Source: Promethearchaeia archaeon
GTDB lineage: Archaea; Asgardarchaeota; Lokiarchaeia; Sigyniarchaeales; SOKP01
Length of the DNA: 64,000 nt
Direction of reading: 5' to 3'
Assembly: GCA_046483985.1 (NCBI GenBank)
Contig: JAWOCD010000080.1
Coordinates: 1-64,000 of the forward strand
Part shown: in pieces, positions 55,394 to 64,000 of the stretch
Numbering within the stretch: position 1 is the first letter of the stretch
How the letters are laid out: every line of letters begins with the position of its first letter
Position numbers and translations under genes: made by a program
Notes under the pieces: model-generated
Told to the model about the DNA's origin: nothing
Databases searched by the model: none
The model's input: the letters and a program-made list of their open reading frames with translations, nothing else

Positions 55394-55832
55394 AATTTTT
55401 AAATCTTTTTATTATTAATTGAAGCCTATTATGTCTATTTCTAAGGGCCCTTACCAATTTACGATCTATATCAGCAGCGGACTTAGAACATCTGATCAAA
55501 AGAGTTCGATTACATATAAAATCGCTGGTTCTAAATACGATATCATGTTGATGAGATAGAGTAAGATCTTCATGACCATAACCGTAAAATGAATCAATTA
55601 GATTTCCACATTTAACTTGAACGAGTAATTTTTTTCCATTATGGATACACTCAATTAATTTTTCATTTAAATCAGCACATGCTTTAGTGGCATTAACGCC
55701 TAGTATACAATCCCCATTTAGAGTAAGATCCTTCTCTTTGGTTAGTTCAATTGTGGAAGGATGAGTACAAAGAATATTTTTATGACCTATGGCTTCAATA
55801 GTATCTAATACTTTCAAAGTATCATCCTCCAT
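55380..55832 (-). CDS. DUF371 protein
   Basis: A.GH.NI...H.ST.E.TKE..LT..GDCI.GV.A and FR.S.FI..RTL.I...K.AADIDR. Confidence 0.92.
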   Translation of the reverse strand: MEDDTLKVLDTIEAIGHKNILCTHPSTIELTKEKDLTLNGDCILGVNATKACADLNEKLIECIHNGKKLLVQVKCGNLIDSFYGYGHEDLTLSHQHDIVFRTSDFICNRTLLIRCSKSAADIDRKLVRALRNRHNRLQLIIKRFKNYEGK

Positions 55833-57462
55833 TATTAAAGAAATTTAGAATCTCTTCCAGGTTATTCGATGTAAATAGATCATTTTCAAAAAATTTATTA
55901 AAGGTTTCCTTGGTGGCACCAATTAAATGCTTATCGAAAGTAACGACTTCGTCATATTCGTTGATATATGTTTTTGGTAAGAACAGTCCGCATTTTTGAT
56001 AATTGTTAGAATGGGTATTGAGAAATTTTTTGATTTTTTCTCGCGTATTGAAGATATGATAATCATTCTTTATAATATGTTTAACAGATTCATATTGACC
56101 CATAGGAAATGTTTGCGCCAATTCTAATGGAATAAGCCCAAAAACATTAGAAAGAAAGGATACATGGATTAAAGGCCTCGGACAAATCTGATTATGATCA
56201 AGTTGTTTTAGCCATCTTTTAATTGAGAGCGAATTTCCCGCTTTTAAATCTAATTCTGGAATTATTAAAAGAAAACGCGCTCTATTGGGAGCCCGATACA
56301 TATCTTTTAATCTTTGTGAATAGCGATAATTTAAAGGCCTGGAAAGGCTTTCAAATGTGGTATAAAATCGACCGTGATTCTTATATATAGGTTCATGTTT
56401 TTCGAATAAGGGTAAATATTCTTTTACAATTCTAAAAGCGTTTACTAATTCCGGATGATTTCTAATCCTTTGTTCCACTAACTCCCATAAATTACCTTCT
56501 CTAATTGCTTGGCGTACTTTTCTAAGCTCCGAAAAGGAAACATAAAGGTTGTGTTTTGCCAATAATTTCGTCTTTATATCTTCGGGCATTTTTTTTAGTT
56601 GCTTAGGAGTATATTCGCAGCAAATGGGACAACTACATGGGAACTCTTTTAAATTATCCAATTTTTTAGTCCCAGTTGATATTGTAAAATACCGATCTTC
56701 TTTGGCGAACAAAATATATGCTGCAGAATCCATCAAGTCACAACCACATGCAACGGCAAGGGAAAAAAATTGTGGTAACCCTAACCCGAACATATGTAGA
56801 GGTTTATTTGAGGGGATATATTGTTTCACTGTAAGTAGCATTTCTAAAATAGCGTTAAATCTGTATTTGAGAAAGGATTTTACGAGGCCGCCCAATGCCC
56901 AAATATCAAATTGTAATTCTCCCATTTTCTCTGCGCTTAGCCTTAATAAGTCTTTATGTATTCCCCCATGAATGGGTCCAAACCAGTGACATTTTTGGTT
57001 TCTTCTGCGCTTAATATTGTCTTTTGCTCGTTTAATTGTGGTAAGCACTTTACTTTTTGCTTTTTCATAGTCATCTTCAATTTGTACGGGAAGATCAAGA
57101 ATAACTGGCATATCAGAACCTATATCTTCTTGAAAAGCTTCAATTTTTTTAGGATCAATAGGAATTGAATTATCATACATATATTGTTGGAAAGCGCCAC
57201 TATCAGTGGCAATTAATCCATCGTACTCCAAAAATCGGTGGATATTCTGACTTATAATTTTATCTCGAAATTTTTGATTTTGGTACATAATAAAAGAATT
57301 TGTAAATATAGCATTAGCTCCAAATTCTTTTAACTCTGGTGGCTGGATAATTTGATCGAAAGGATGAACAACAGGTATTAAATTTGGAGTTATTAATTTC
57401 TTTCCGTTAATTTCCAATTGACCAATCCGGGATAAAGCATCAACTTCCTCAATTTCATACAT
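55822..57462 (-). CDS. tgtA: Archaeosine tRNA-guanine(15) transglycosylase, without a C-terminal PUA domain
   Basis: TDSGAFQ, LHMFG.G.P, GCDLMDSAAY, Zn site CSCPIC...HNL and G.LWELVE.R.R.HP. Confidence 0.93.
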   Translation of the reverse strand: MYEIEEVDALSRIGQLEINGKKLITPNLIPVVHPFDQIIQPPELKEFGANAIFTNSFIMYQNQKFRDKIISQNIHRFLEYDGLIATDSGAFQQYMYDNSIPIDPKKIEAFQEDIGSDMPVILDLPVQIEDDYEKAKSKVLTTIKRAKDNIKRRRNQKCHWFGPIHGGIHKDLLRLSAEKMGELQFDIWALGGLVKSFLKYRFNAILEMLLTVKQYIPSNKPLHMFGLGLPQFFSLAVACGCDLMDSAAYILFAKEDRYFTISTGTKKLDNLKEFPCSCPICCEYTPKQLKKMPEDIKTKLLAKHNLYVSFSELRKVRQAIREGNLWELVEQRIRNHPELVNAFRIVKEYLPLFEKHEPIYKNHGRFYTTFESLSRPLNYRYSQRLKDMYRAPNRARFLLIIPELDLKAGNSLSIKRWLKQLDHNQICPRPLIHVSFLSNVFGLIPLELAQTFPMGQYESVKHIIKNDYHIFNTREKIKKFLNTHSNNYQKCGLFLPKTYINEYDEVVTFDKHLIGATKETFNKFFENDLFTSNNLEEILNFFNNGG

Positions 57463-57484
57463 TAGGTTTCAATTCTTCTGTCAT

Positions 57485-58084
57485 TTAATATTCGAAAAAT
57501 TCAATTAAACGGTTTTCTTTAGATAAATCTTCCATCCAATTTATTTTTCCTACTTTATATTTTTTAGTATCTATCTGATTTTTAATAATTCTAATAATTA
57601 TTTTCGCTGAATCTTTTGGAGATTTTGTAGTGGTATCTAATTCATAAATAGGTTTATTCAATTCTTTTTCAAGAAGAAAATTGGTACAATTCCCTAATAT
57701 TTCTGCTTGAAGGTTTTCATAAATCTTTTTTTCTGAATACTCTCTTTCATTTAACCTTTCCTTTAGTATATCTGGATGACATCTAAGAATGAAAATATAA
57801 TCAATAAACTTACTGGGGATAATGTCTGCAAAATGGCCTTCAATTATTAAATATTTGAAACTTCGTTTTTCCAGATTTTTAATTTTTTTATTAACATAAG
57901 GAAGGAGTTTTTCAAAATCGGCAACATGAGTATCACGATCTTTATCGTAGCTGAGTGTAAATTTTTTTTTTATAACAATGTCATTTAAGGATAATAGGTG
58001 AGTATTTTTCAAAATATCAGAAATATATTTAGATATAGTAGTTTTACCTGTTCCTGGAGAACCTGATATGATTAATTTTTTCAT
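57485..58084 (-). CDS. AK6/Fap7-type adenylate kinase
   Basis: GSPGTGKTT, IIEGH and LRC.P..L..RL..R.Y...KI.EN..AE. Confidence 0.92.
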   Translation of the reverse strand: MKKLIISGSPGTGKTTISKYISDILKNTHLLSLNDIVIKKKFTLSYDKDRDTHVADFEKLLPYVNKKIKNLEKRSFKYLIIEGHFADIIPSKFIDYIFILRCHPDILKERLNEREYSEKKIYENLQAEILGNCTNFLLEKELNKPIYELDTTTKSPKDSAKIIIRIIKNQIDTKKYKVGKINWMEDLSKENRLIEFFEY

Positions 58085-58160
58085 TGATAATAAGCATGAT
58101 TAAGGTTTTAATAGTATAAAGTTATGAAAGTCTTTAAAATTATTAGTTAATCTTTAGAAA

Positions 58161-58267
58161 TGGTGCGAAAGGGGGGCTTCGATCCCCCGGCCTCACGGTT
58201 ATCAGCCGTGCGCTCTTGGTAAATTTAGGTTATACCCCAATTTTATACCAAGCTAAGCCACTCTCGC
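58161..58267 (-). tRNA. tRNA-Ile(GAU) with encoded CCA and a ~30-nt D-arm intron (~58215-58244)
   Basis: Acceptor GCGAGAG/CTTTCGC, anticodon arm CACGG-CTGATAA-CCGTG, T arm GGGGG-ATCGAAG-CCCCC; BHB-like central helix TGGT/ACCA. Confidence 0.93.
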
Positions 58268-58423
58268 TTATTTTCTTGCTAGATTATTAAAAGTTTGGGA
58301 AAATAAAAGTTGATGCTTTTATTTCCCTAATATAGATTCTTTAAAAAATTTTTTCTTCTTTCTTTAAATCGGCTATATTGTAAAGAAAAATATTTAAATT
58401 AAGTTATAACAATAAGAATTGTA

Positions 58424-58855
58424 ATGCCGAAGATTTTAAATTATTCAATTGTCGGATTAGAAGATTATAATATCAGTTTTGAACAGTATTGTTCGGTATG
58501 TGAAATTCAAAGGCATTGTACTTGGGGAAAAGATAAGCCTTTTTCCGTGAGAATAAAATGCAGCGATTTAAATAACGCAAAGGAGAAAATAAAATATAAG
58601 CAACTAAAAAAATTACAAAAAACAGAGAGCTTGGATACTTCATATGATGATTTGATGGCAAAAGTCAGTATAAATCTGCAAGGAATTTTCTCAGAGATTT
58701 GGAAAGAAAAAATAAAATCAAAAAAGGAAGAGATTAGATGCTTAGATTCCCGTAAGACAGATCCATTATTGGTTTCCCAACAAGGACAAGATTGGTGGCG
58801 AGATTTTAATGCGACAATGAAAGAGATTAATAAAGAATGTGAAAAAATTAGATAA
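58424..58855 (+). CDS. Hypothetical Cys-containing protein
   Basis: 143-aa ORF with CxxC...C...C. Confidence 0.8.
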   Translation: MPKILNYSIVGLEDYNISFEQYCSVCEIQRHCTWGKDKPFSVRIKCSDLNNAKEKIKYKQLKKLQKTESLDTSYDDLMAKVSINLQGIFSEIWKEKIKSKKEEIRCLDSRKTDPLLVSQQGQDWWRDFNATMKEINKECEKIR

Positions 58856-58875
58856 AATCTCTGATTTTCTAATAA

Positions 58876-59511
58876 TCAAAGGAATAATTTTAGATATGTT
58901 GTGAAGCCAAATAAAAGTGCTTGAATAAGAGATTCTACTAAAATTAAAGCTGCTTTATTTGGGACAACTATTTTTCGTTTCCTGCTTAAGAGAAAATAAG
59001 ATAAGGTAAATAGTCTTAAATTTGCTTCAAAAGAGCCAAGGGCAAAACAATAATATAAACATTTATTAAAGACATCATTATCATGAGGTATTTCGCTAAA
59101 ATAGTTAAGAAATTCATCTTGACCCGTCAGTAAATTTAATAGATTAAAAATATATTGATCAGATATTGGCTCTAGCAAGAAAATTAAAAGATACAAGAAA
59201 TAATTAAACAAGATTCCAATTCCAGCAAATAAAGAAAAAAATCCAAAAAATACTCTTAATTTATTGAAAAAACGGTCTTTTTCGTCAAAATCTCTATGTG
59301 GATTTTTGCTATCTTCCTTAAAAAATTTATAATTTAAAAGCGTTGATATACCAATAAAAATCAAGATTGTAACAAATATATATTTTAAATAAAAAAATAA
59401 AATGTCAAAGAATTCGACAAATGCATGAGCTATACCGGTAAATTGCTTTGTAACTTCAATGGGCTTTAAATCACCACTCCAGCTTCGTTCAGTTTTTAGC
59501 ATAAATATCAA
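58876..59511 (-). CDS. Membrane protein
   Basis: Several hydrophobic segments. Confidence 0.7.
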   Translation of the reverse strand: MIFMLKTERSWSGDLKPIEVTKQFTGIAHAFVEFFDILFFYLKYIFVTILIFIGISTLLNYKFFKEDSKNPHRDFDEKDRFFNKLRVFFGFFSLFAGIGILFNYFLYLLIFLLEPISDQYIFNLLNLLTGQDEFLNYFSEIPHDNDVFNKCLYYCFALGSFEANLRLFTLSYFLLSRKRKIVVPNKAALILVESLIQALLFGFTTYLKLFL

Positions 59512-59525
59512 TAAGTTGAAAGTAA

Positions 59526-61061
59526 TTAGGTTTCATTTAATTCAATTTTATATTTATTTAAGAATTTCGTGAGATTTTCCTCCATTCTTTTTAACTTTTG
59601 AATTTCAGTTTTGACTATAATAGACCTTACAAAAAAATCGTCAGAGTTAGGAGATATCTTTTTAGATTCTCGCTCTTTAAACTTTTCAAATTCTCTAAAA
59701 AATGCCGTTAAACTTGCTCTTAAGGATAAGCTTTTTGTAGGTCTAATAGAGAAAGAACCAAATTCTAAAAATTCTCTGGTCTTCCACCATTGGGGGATAT
59801 AATTTATTGTTCCTAATTTATTTCTTAGTTTATTTATGTGATTGTAATTAAAAGTACCTGGGAAATGGGAATATAATTTAATGTTGTAATTAATAACATC
59901 TTTCGTATCTTGGGATTTCAATTGATTTATTTTTTCAAAAGTATGACGGATCGAATTTAGTGACTCCCCCGGATGATTAAATAAAATATTTAAAATATAT
60001 GGATATTCGAGTTCTTGATTTGTTTTAAATATCTTCTTAAATTTACTTAAATATCGCTTCGGGTTACTTGTTTTATTCATAATATAAAGTAAATGATGAG
60101 AAAAAGTTTCTAAACCATACATCAGATAAAATTTCTTCTGTTGTAGTCGTTTTAATAAGTCATAATTAAGGATATCGAGCCTTGTTTCTAACCAGATTGA
60201 TTTATGTTCTTCAAAGTGGAAAAGGTCTAATAATTTATTCACCCATTTCTTTTGTAAGCCGAAAATGGGATCATAGAAACCAAATTCGGTTATACCGTTA
60301 TTATATCCGTATTCTATCATCACCTTTATTTCTTTAATTGCCCTTTTTGGGGAATATGATCTCCATCTCCTTAAATGTTTAGAATTTTCCGAGATGGTTT
60401 TCTCCATACAGAATCTACAGTTAAAAGGGCATCCACGAGATAATGAAATACTTATATGATTAAAGTTTTTAATATATTTATCAAAAAGTGTAAAATCAAG
60501 TGGAGGTAATGTATCTAAATTCTCTAAAGGGTCTCCCAAAATCCGTTTCGGCTGATCTTGTTTCTTCGTATTATTGTCAATAAGTTTATAGAGTGCAATT
60601 TCCCCTTCTCCGGTTATAATATAATCCATAGGAGACCCTTTATATTTGAAATCGTTCGGACAAGCGGATGCATGAGCTCCCCCAAATACCAGAATTGCAG
60701 GATTATAGTTTTTTTGAAAAAATCCCCCTAAAATCTTTGAAGATATAAATTGATTGGACGTTGTACCCGAAATACAAATTAAACATTCCTCATCCAGTTG
60801 AAATTCGAGTTGTTCTATAAGTTTATTCATCTCATTAGGAAAATTGTTATTATTTGATCCAATATCTTGTATATTCAGATTTCCTTTCTTTTGCTCAACA
60901 GGTAGATATAAAATGTCGAAATTCAGAGCAGAATTTTTCGACTTCAAGAAGTTTTCCAGATAAATTGGCCAGATTAAAATTTCATATGATAATTGTTTTT
61001 TAAAAAATTCAAAAGGTTGAATAAATAGGACATTTTTAATCATATTATTCGATCTACACAT
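59526..61061 (-). CDS. B12-binding radical SAM protein
   Basis: GGAHAS and GEGE cobalamin-domain motifs; SRGCPFNCRFC; GLET; PGE. Confidence 0.9.
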   Translation of the reverse strand: MCRSNNMIKNVLFIQPFEFFKKQLSYEILIWPIYLENFLKSKNSALNFDILYLPVEQKKGNLNIQDIGSNNNNFPNEMNKLIEQLEFQLDEECLICISGTTSNQFISSKILGGFFQKNYNPAILVFGGAHASACPNDFKYKGSPMDYIITGEGEIALYKLIDNNTKKQDQPKRILGDPLENLDTLPPLDFTLFDKYIKNFNHISISLSRGCPFNCRFCMEKTISENSKHLRRWRSYSPKRAIKEIKVMIEYGYNNGITEFGFYDPIFGLQKKWVNKLLDLFHFEEHKSIWLETRLDILNYDLLKRLQQKKFYLMYGLETFSHHLLYIMNKTSNPKRYLSKFKKIFKTNQELEYPYILNILFNHPGESLNSIRHTFEKINQLKSQDTKDVINYNIKLYSHFPGTFNYNHINKLRNKLGTINYIPQWWKTREFLEFGSFSIRPTKSLSLRASLTAFFREFEKFKERESKKISPNSDDFFVRSIIVKTEIQKLKRMEENLTKFLNKYKIELNET

Positions 61062-61091
61062 ATCTTTAAAAACACCCCTTTTGATTTTTTC

Positions 61092-62558
61092 TTGTACTTT
61101 TTAAAGAATCAAGAGTATCTAATTGTGATTTTAATGTCGAATGAGTATGCTTTCCTAATAAAAGAGCGTGAAAAAGAATTAACTGATTTTCTGAGATCAA
61201 AAGGAAAAATAAAAGCGGCACTCCTTTATAAAATTGAAAAGAAAATCAGTATAATAAAAAACGATAGTAAAAGTCTCATAAAATTTATTTTTACTTTATT
61301 GAAAGAGGACAAAATCGACATCATAATTCCAAAGTTACTAAAAAGGACGTATGAAAAAAAAAGAATTAATTTTTCAAAGTATTTAATTGACGGAACCTAT
61401 ATAATTAGTAACTACCAGCCAATCGACTTAAGAGAAAATACAAATCTTCCAGATGAGCCACAAAATACCTTTTTTCTTGACTCAAGAAATATGGATAGAG
61501 ACTCATTTAAAACCCAGAATTTTTGCAATTTTCTTATTGAATTAATCAAAAATCATCCCTTAATTAAAAGGCGAATTATCATACTTTTGCGAACAATTAA
61601 TTCGTCTAAAAAATACAAGAGTTTAGGACTATCGAACAAATTAAATAATTCTATTCATGGTTTAAAATCCAGAGAGGAAAATATACGGAAAATAAAACTC
61701 TCATTAGCAAAGCAAAAAGAAATTATCGAAAATATTAAAAGATATCGAAATAAAAATATGTGTTTTTATATTCCATTAATAGAGGCTTTACATAAAAGAA
61801 TTATAGAAATTAAACAAAAATATTATCTGAAATCCGAAGAAAATAGACAAAAACTAAAAAAGTTAACCGAACTATTTGCGTATTATTGTCTAAAATTTGT
61901 ATTTTCTGAGTGGGTTGAAATCCAAAAACCTAATCCCTACAAATGGGAAACCTTTTTCAAAAAATTTGATTTGCCTATTAAAATTATAAAATTGGATTTC
62001 AAATCTCTTAAATTCTCAGGAAAAACATTCGAATCCGAAGTATTAATTACATTTTTGGTATATATTAATTCTGAAAAAACTAATTTAATCCAAGTACTGA
62101 AGAACTATGGATATAAAATCTTCAATAATTTCACTGGTAGTACCAAAACTGCAATTGGAGCAGAACTCAGTATTTATATGCCTTGTCCTTCAATTGAATA
62201 TTTTTTTTTCATATTTAAATATATTTGCTATTATAATCTATTTCTCCTATATCATCATTGCTTTCCATATTTTAACAAGCTAAATAGAGAAATAAGAACC
62301 AATAAAAAAGAAAAAAACTTTTATAAATTATTTTTTCCAGTTTTGCAACCTTTATTTAATTTAAAGAAGCAAGAAATGAATAAAAATCTAAACTTTAAGT
62401 TTAATACATTAAATCCAGATGTTTTAGAAGTAATATTTAATAAATATTTAATCTCCCAAATTAAAAATATCGAGTTACCTCTTTTTAGATATTTTTTAAT
62501 GAGATTTCAAGAAATTTCTAAGAATGATTCCCATAATCTTCCCACAGAATCCGAGTAA
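61092..62558 (+). CDS. Hypothetical basic protein; probable start ATG 61134
   Basis: Long AT-rich ORF with no recognised motif. Confidence 0.65.
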   Translation: MYFLKNQEYLIVILMSNEYAFLIKEREKELTDFLRSKGKIKAALLYKIEKKISIIKNDSKSLIKFIFTLLKEDKIDIIIPKLLKRTYEKKRINFSKYLIDGTYIISNYQPIDLRENTNLPDEPQNTFFLDSRNMDRDSFKTQNFCNFLIELIKNHPLIKRRIIILLRTINSSKKYKSLGLSNKLNNSIHGLKSREENIRKIKLSLAKQKEIIENIKRYRNKNMCFYIPLIEALHKRIIEIKQKYYLKSEENRQKLKKLTELFAYYCLKFVFSEWVEIQKPNPYKWETFFKKFDLPIKIIKLDFKSLKFSGKTFESEVLITFLVYINSEKTNLIQVLKNYGYKIFNNFTGSTKTAIGAELSIYMPCPSIEYFFFIFKYICYYNLFLLYHHCFPYFNKLNREIRTNKKEKNFYKLFFPVLQPLFNLKKQEMNKNLNFKFNTLNPDVLEVIFNKYLISQIKNIELPLFRYFLMRFQEISKNDSHNLPTESE

Positions 62559-62739
62559 GACCGAAAGATTTATATATTTGATTGGAATATAAAATAGTAG
62601 ATATAAAGTAATTTTTGATACATTTCATTTCATATCTTTAATTAAACGGGGTTCCAATTTTTTCGTATTTGTATTATTGGTTATTGGATATAAATCAATA
62701 TTTTGTTCTATTTAAATATACTAAAAAGGGGTAAATTTT

Positions 62740-63627
62740 ATGGATATAAGTACTAGAGTAAAAAAGGATTTAAATTCATGTCCAGAATGTGGGGGAAAAG
62801 TTCTTTCAGTTAAAGAAAAGGGGGAGGTCGTATGTGGACAGTGCGGTCTAGTTATTAAGGAAAAAGTTTTAGATACTGCCCATAGTGGGAAAAGAGCCTT
62901 TACAAAACAAGAAAAACAAAAAAGGGAAAGAACAGGTGCTCCCATCTCTGTTTTGCTTCCAGACTTGGGTTTAAGTACAGTAATTGATAAATCAAGTATT
63001 AAAAACCCTGATTTAAAGAGGGCAGCACAATGGAATTCGAGAATGTCATGGGATAAAAGGAATATGTTGATTGCAACAACCGAATTGAAGAGAATAGCCA
63101 GTAACTTAAATCTTCCCAAACATATCAAAAAGACTGCTATAATCCTTTACAAGAAGGCATTCAAGAAAAAATTATTGAGAGGGAGATCAATTAATGGGAT
63201 GGTTGCGGCTTGTCTTTATTTTGCTTGCAGAAAGAAACGTTTACCTCGGACCTTACAAGAGATTTTGGACGAAACTTCAGTTGAAGCTAAAAATATAAGA
63301 AGATGTTATAAAACATTAATAAGGGAATTTAAATTGAAAGTGCCTATCATAGATCCTATTTCGCTTATTCCTCGATATATTGCTACACTAAATTTGAATT
63401 CGGAAATTGAGAATAAAACAATTAAGCTTCTCAGAGTATTTTTGTCCAAGTATACAATTAGTGGTAAGGATCCTAAGGGATTATGTGCCGGTGGATTATA
63501 TTTAATTTGTAAACTTTCCAACAAAAAAATAAGCCAAAAAGATATTGCTAATTTGATTGGGGTAACAGAAGTCACCTTGAGATCCAGATATAAAGAACTT
63601 GTGAGAGTTTTCAATATCTCAATCTAA
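62740..63627 (+). CDS. tfb: Transcription initiation factor B (TFB paralogue)
   Basis: Zn ribbon CPECG...CGQCG; cyclin repeats RGRSI, PRTL.EI, GKDP.GL and GVTEVTLR.RYKEL. Confidence 0.96.
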   Translation: MDISTRVKKDLNSCPECGGKVLSVKEKGEVVCGQCGLVIKEKVLDTAHSGKRAFTKQEKQKRERTGAPISVLLPDLGLSTVIDKSSIKNPDLKRAAQWNSRMSWDKRNMLIATTELKRIASNLNLPKHIKKTAIILYKKAFKKKLLRGRSINGMVAACLYFACRKKRLPRTLQEILDETSVEAKNIRRCYKTLIREFKLKVPIIDPISLIPRYIATLNLNSEIENKTIKLLRVFLSKYTISGKDPKGLCAGGLYLICKLSNKKISQKDIANLIGVTEVTLRSRYKELVRVFNISI

Positions 63628-63647
63628 TTTTTCTCCCAAAAAATTTT

Positions 63648-64000
63648 TCATTCTTTTTCTTTTTCCAATAATAATTTTATAAAATCGGGTAAAGTCAGTA
63701 AATAACTTTGAGCATTAGGTAATTGATTTTTTATCTTTATGAATAATTGAGAATAATGATGGGCCTTTTCCTTTTGTTCTAAAACATCATTTCTTTTTTG
63801 TTCCCTAATTCTTTCAACGGGAATTCCCTTCATTACGGCTCTTGTGGGTATAACTAATCCAGGAGGGACTTGGCTTTTCTCAAGAATAACAACCCCTTCA
63901 CCTATTGAAGTTTCCTCAAAGATCAAAGATCCTTCTAATATTTGCACATAGTCTTCTAAAAATGAACCCAAGATTGTAACTCCTGTTTCAATAATGCAAT
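63648..64000 (-). CDS. Gamma carbonic anhydrase / hexapeptide-repeat protein, 5'-truncated by the window edge
   Basis: Frame open to the edge (CIIETGVTILG...); hexapeptide repeats, VPPG..IP, G.P...IR and a terminal helix. Confidence 0.85.
   Translation of the reverse strand, partial: CIIETGVTILGSFLEDYVQILEGSLIFEETSIGEGVVILEKSQVPPGLVIPTRAVMKGIPVERIREQKRNDVLEQKEKAHHYSQLFIKIKNQLPNAQSYLLTLPDFIKLLLEKEKE

Noticed and set aside
58268-62700. AT-rich block beside tRNA-Ile as an integrated element
   Set aside because: It lies on the 5' side of the tRNA, and no integrase or duplicated tRNA 3' end (att site) was seen.

Overview
A gene-dense, AT-rich archaeal chromosome segment. Gene content indicates an Asgard archaeon of the Lokiarchaeia type (inference): rpl15e, RNase P Rpp30/Pop5, TFB, archaeosine TGT, Trm5, TrpB2 and RqcH, plus eukaryote-signature-like proteins (Rag/Arf-like GTPase, longin, roadblock and EMC6/RAB5IF-like proteins). 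It holds about 55 CDSs, two tRNAs with D-arm BHB introns, one box C/D guide RNA and one radical SAM pseudogene. I found no CRISPR array, rRNA or recognisable transposase. Four signals stand out. (1) An unannotated 17-codon leader peptide, MAPVKLDFWRWQWPWRW, with downstream hairpin/U-tract elements sits directly upstream of trpB2, a candidate Trp-sensing attenuator in an Asgard archaeon. (2) In the smc-scpA-scpB operon, SMC lacks a recognisable canonical hinge and has arms built from ~97-aa and 90-aa modules, and the kleisin carries an extra SAP/HeH-like domain. (3) A longin protein with a folliculin/NPRL2-type 'ARG' arginine-finger motif is paired with a second longin-UEV/RWD protein, near a Rag-like GTPase. 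(4) A stem-closed C/D RNA is predicted to guide methylation of the LSU rRNA P-loop G2251. All family assignments come from motif recognition by eye; no searches were run.
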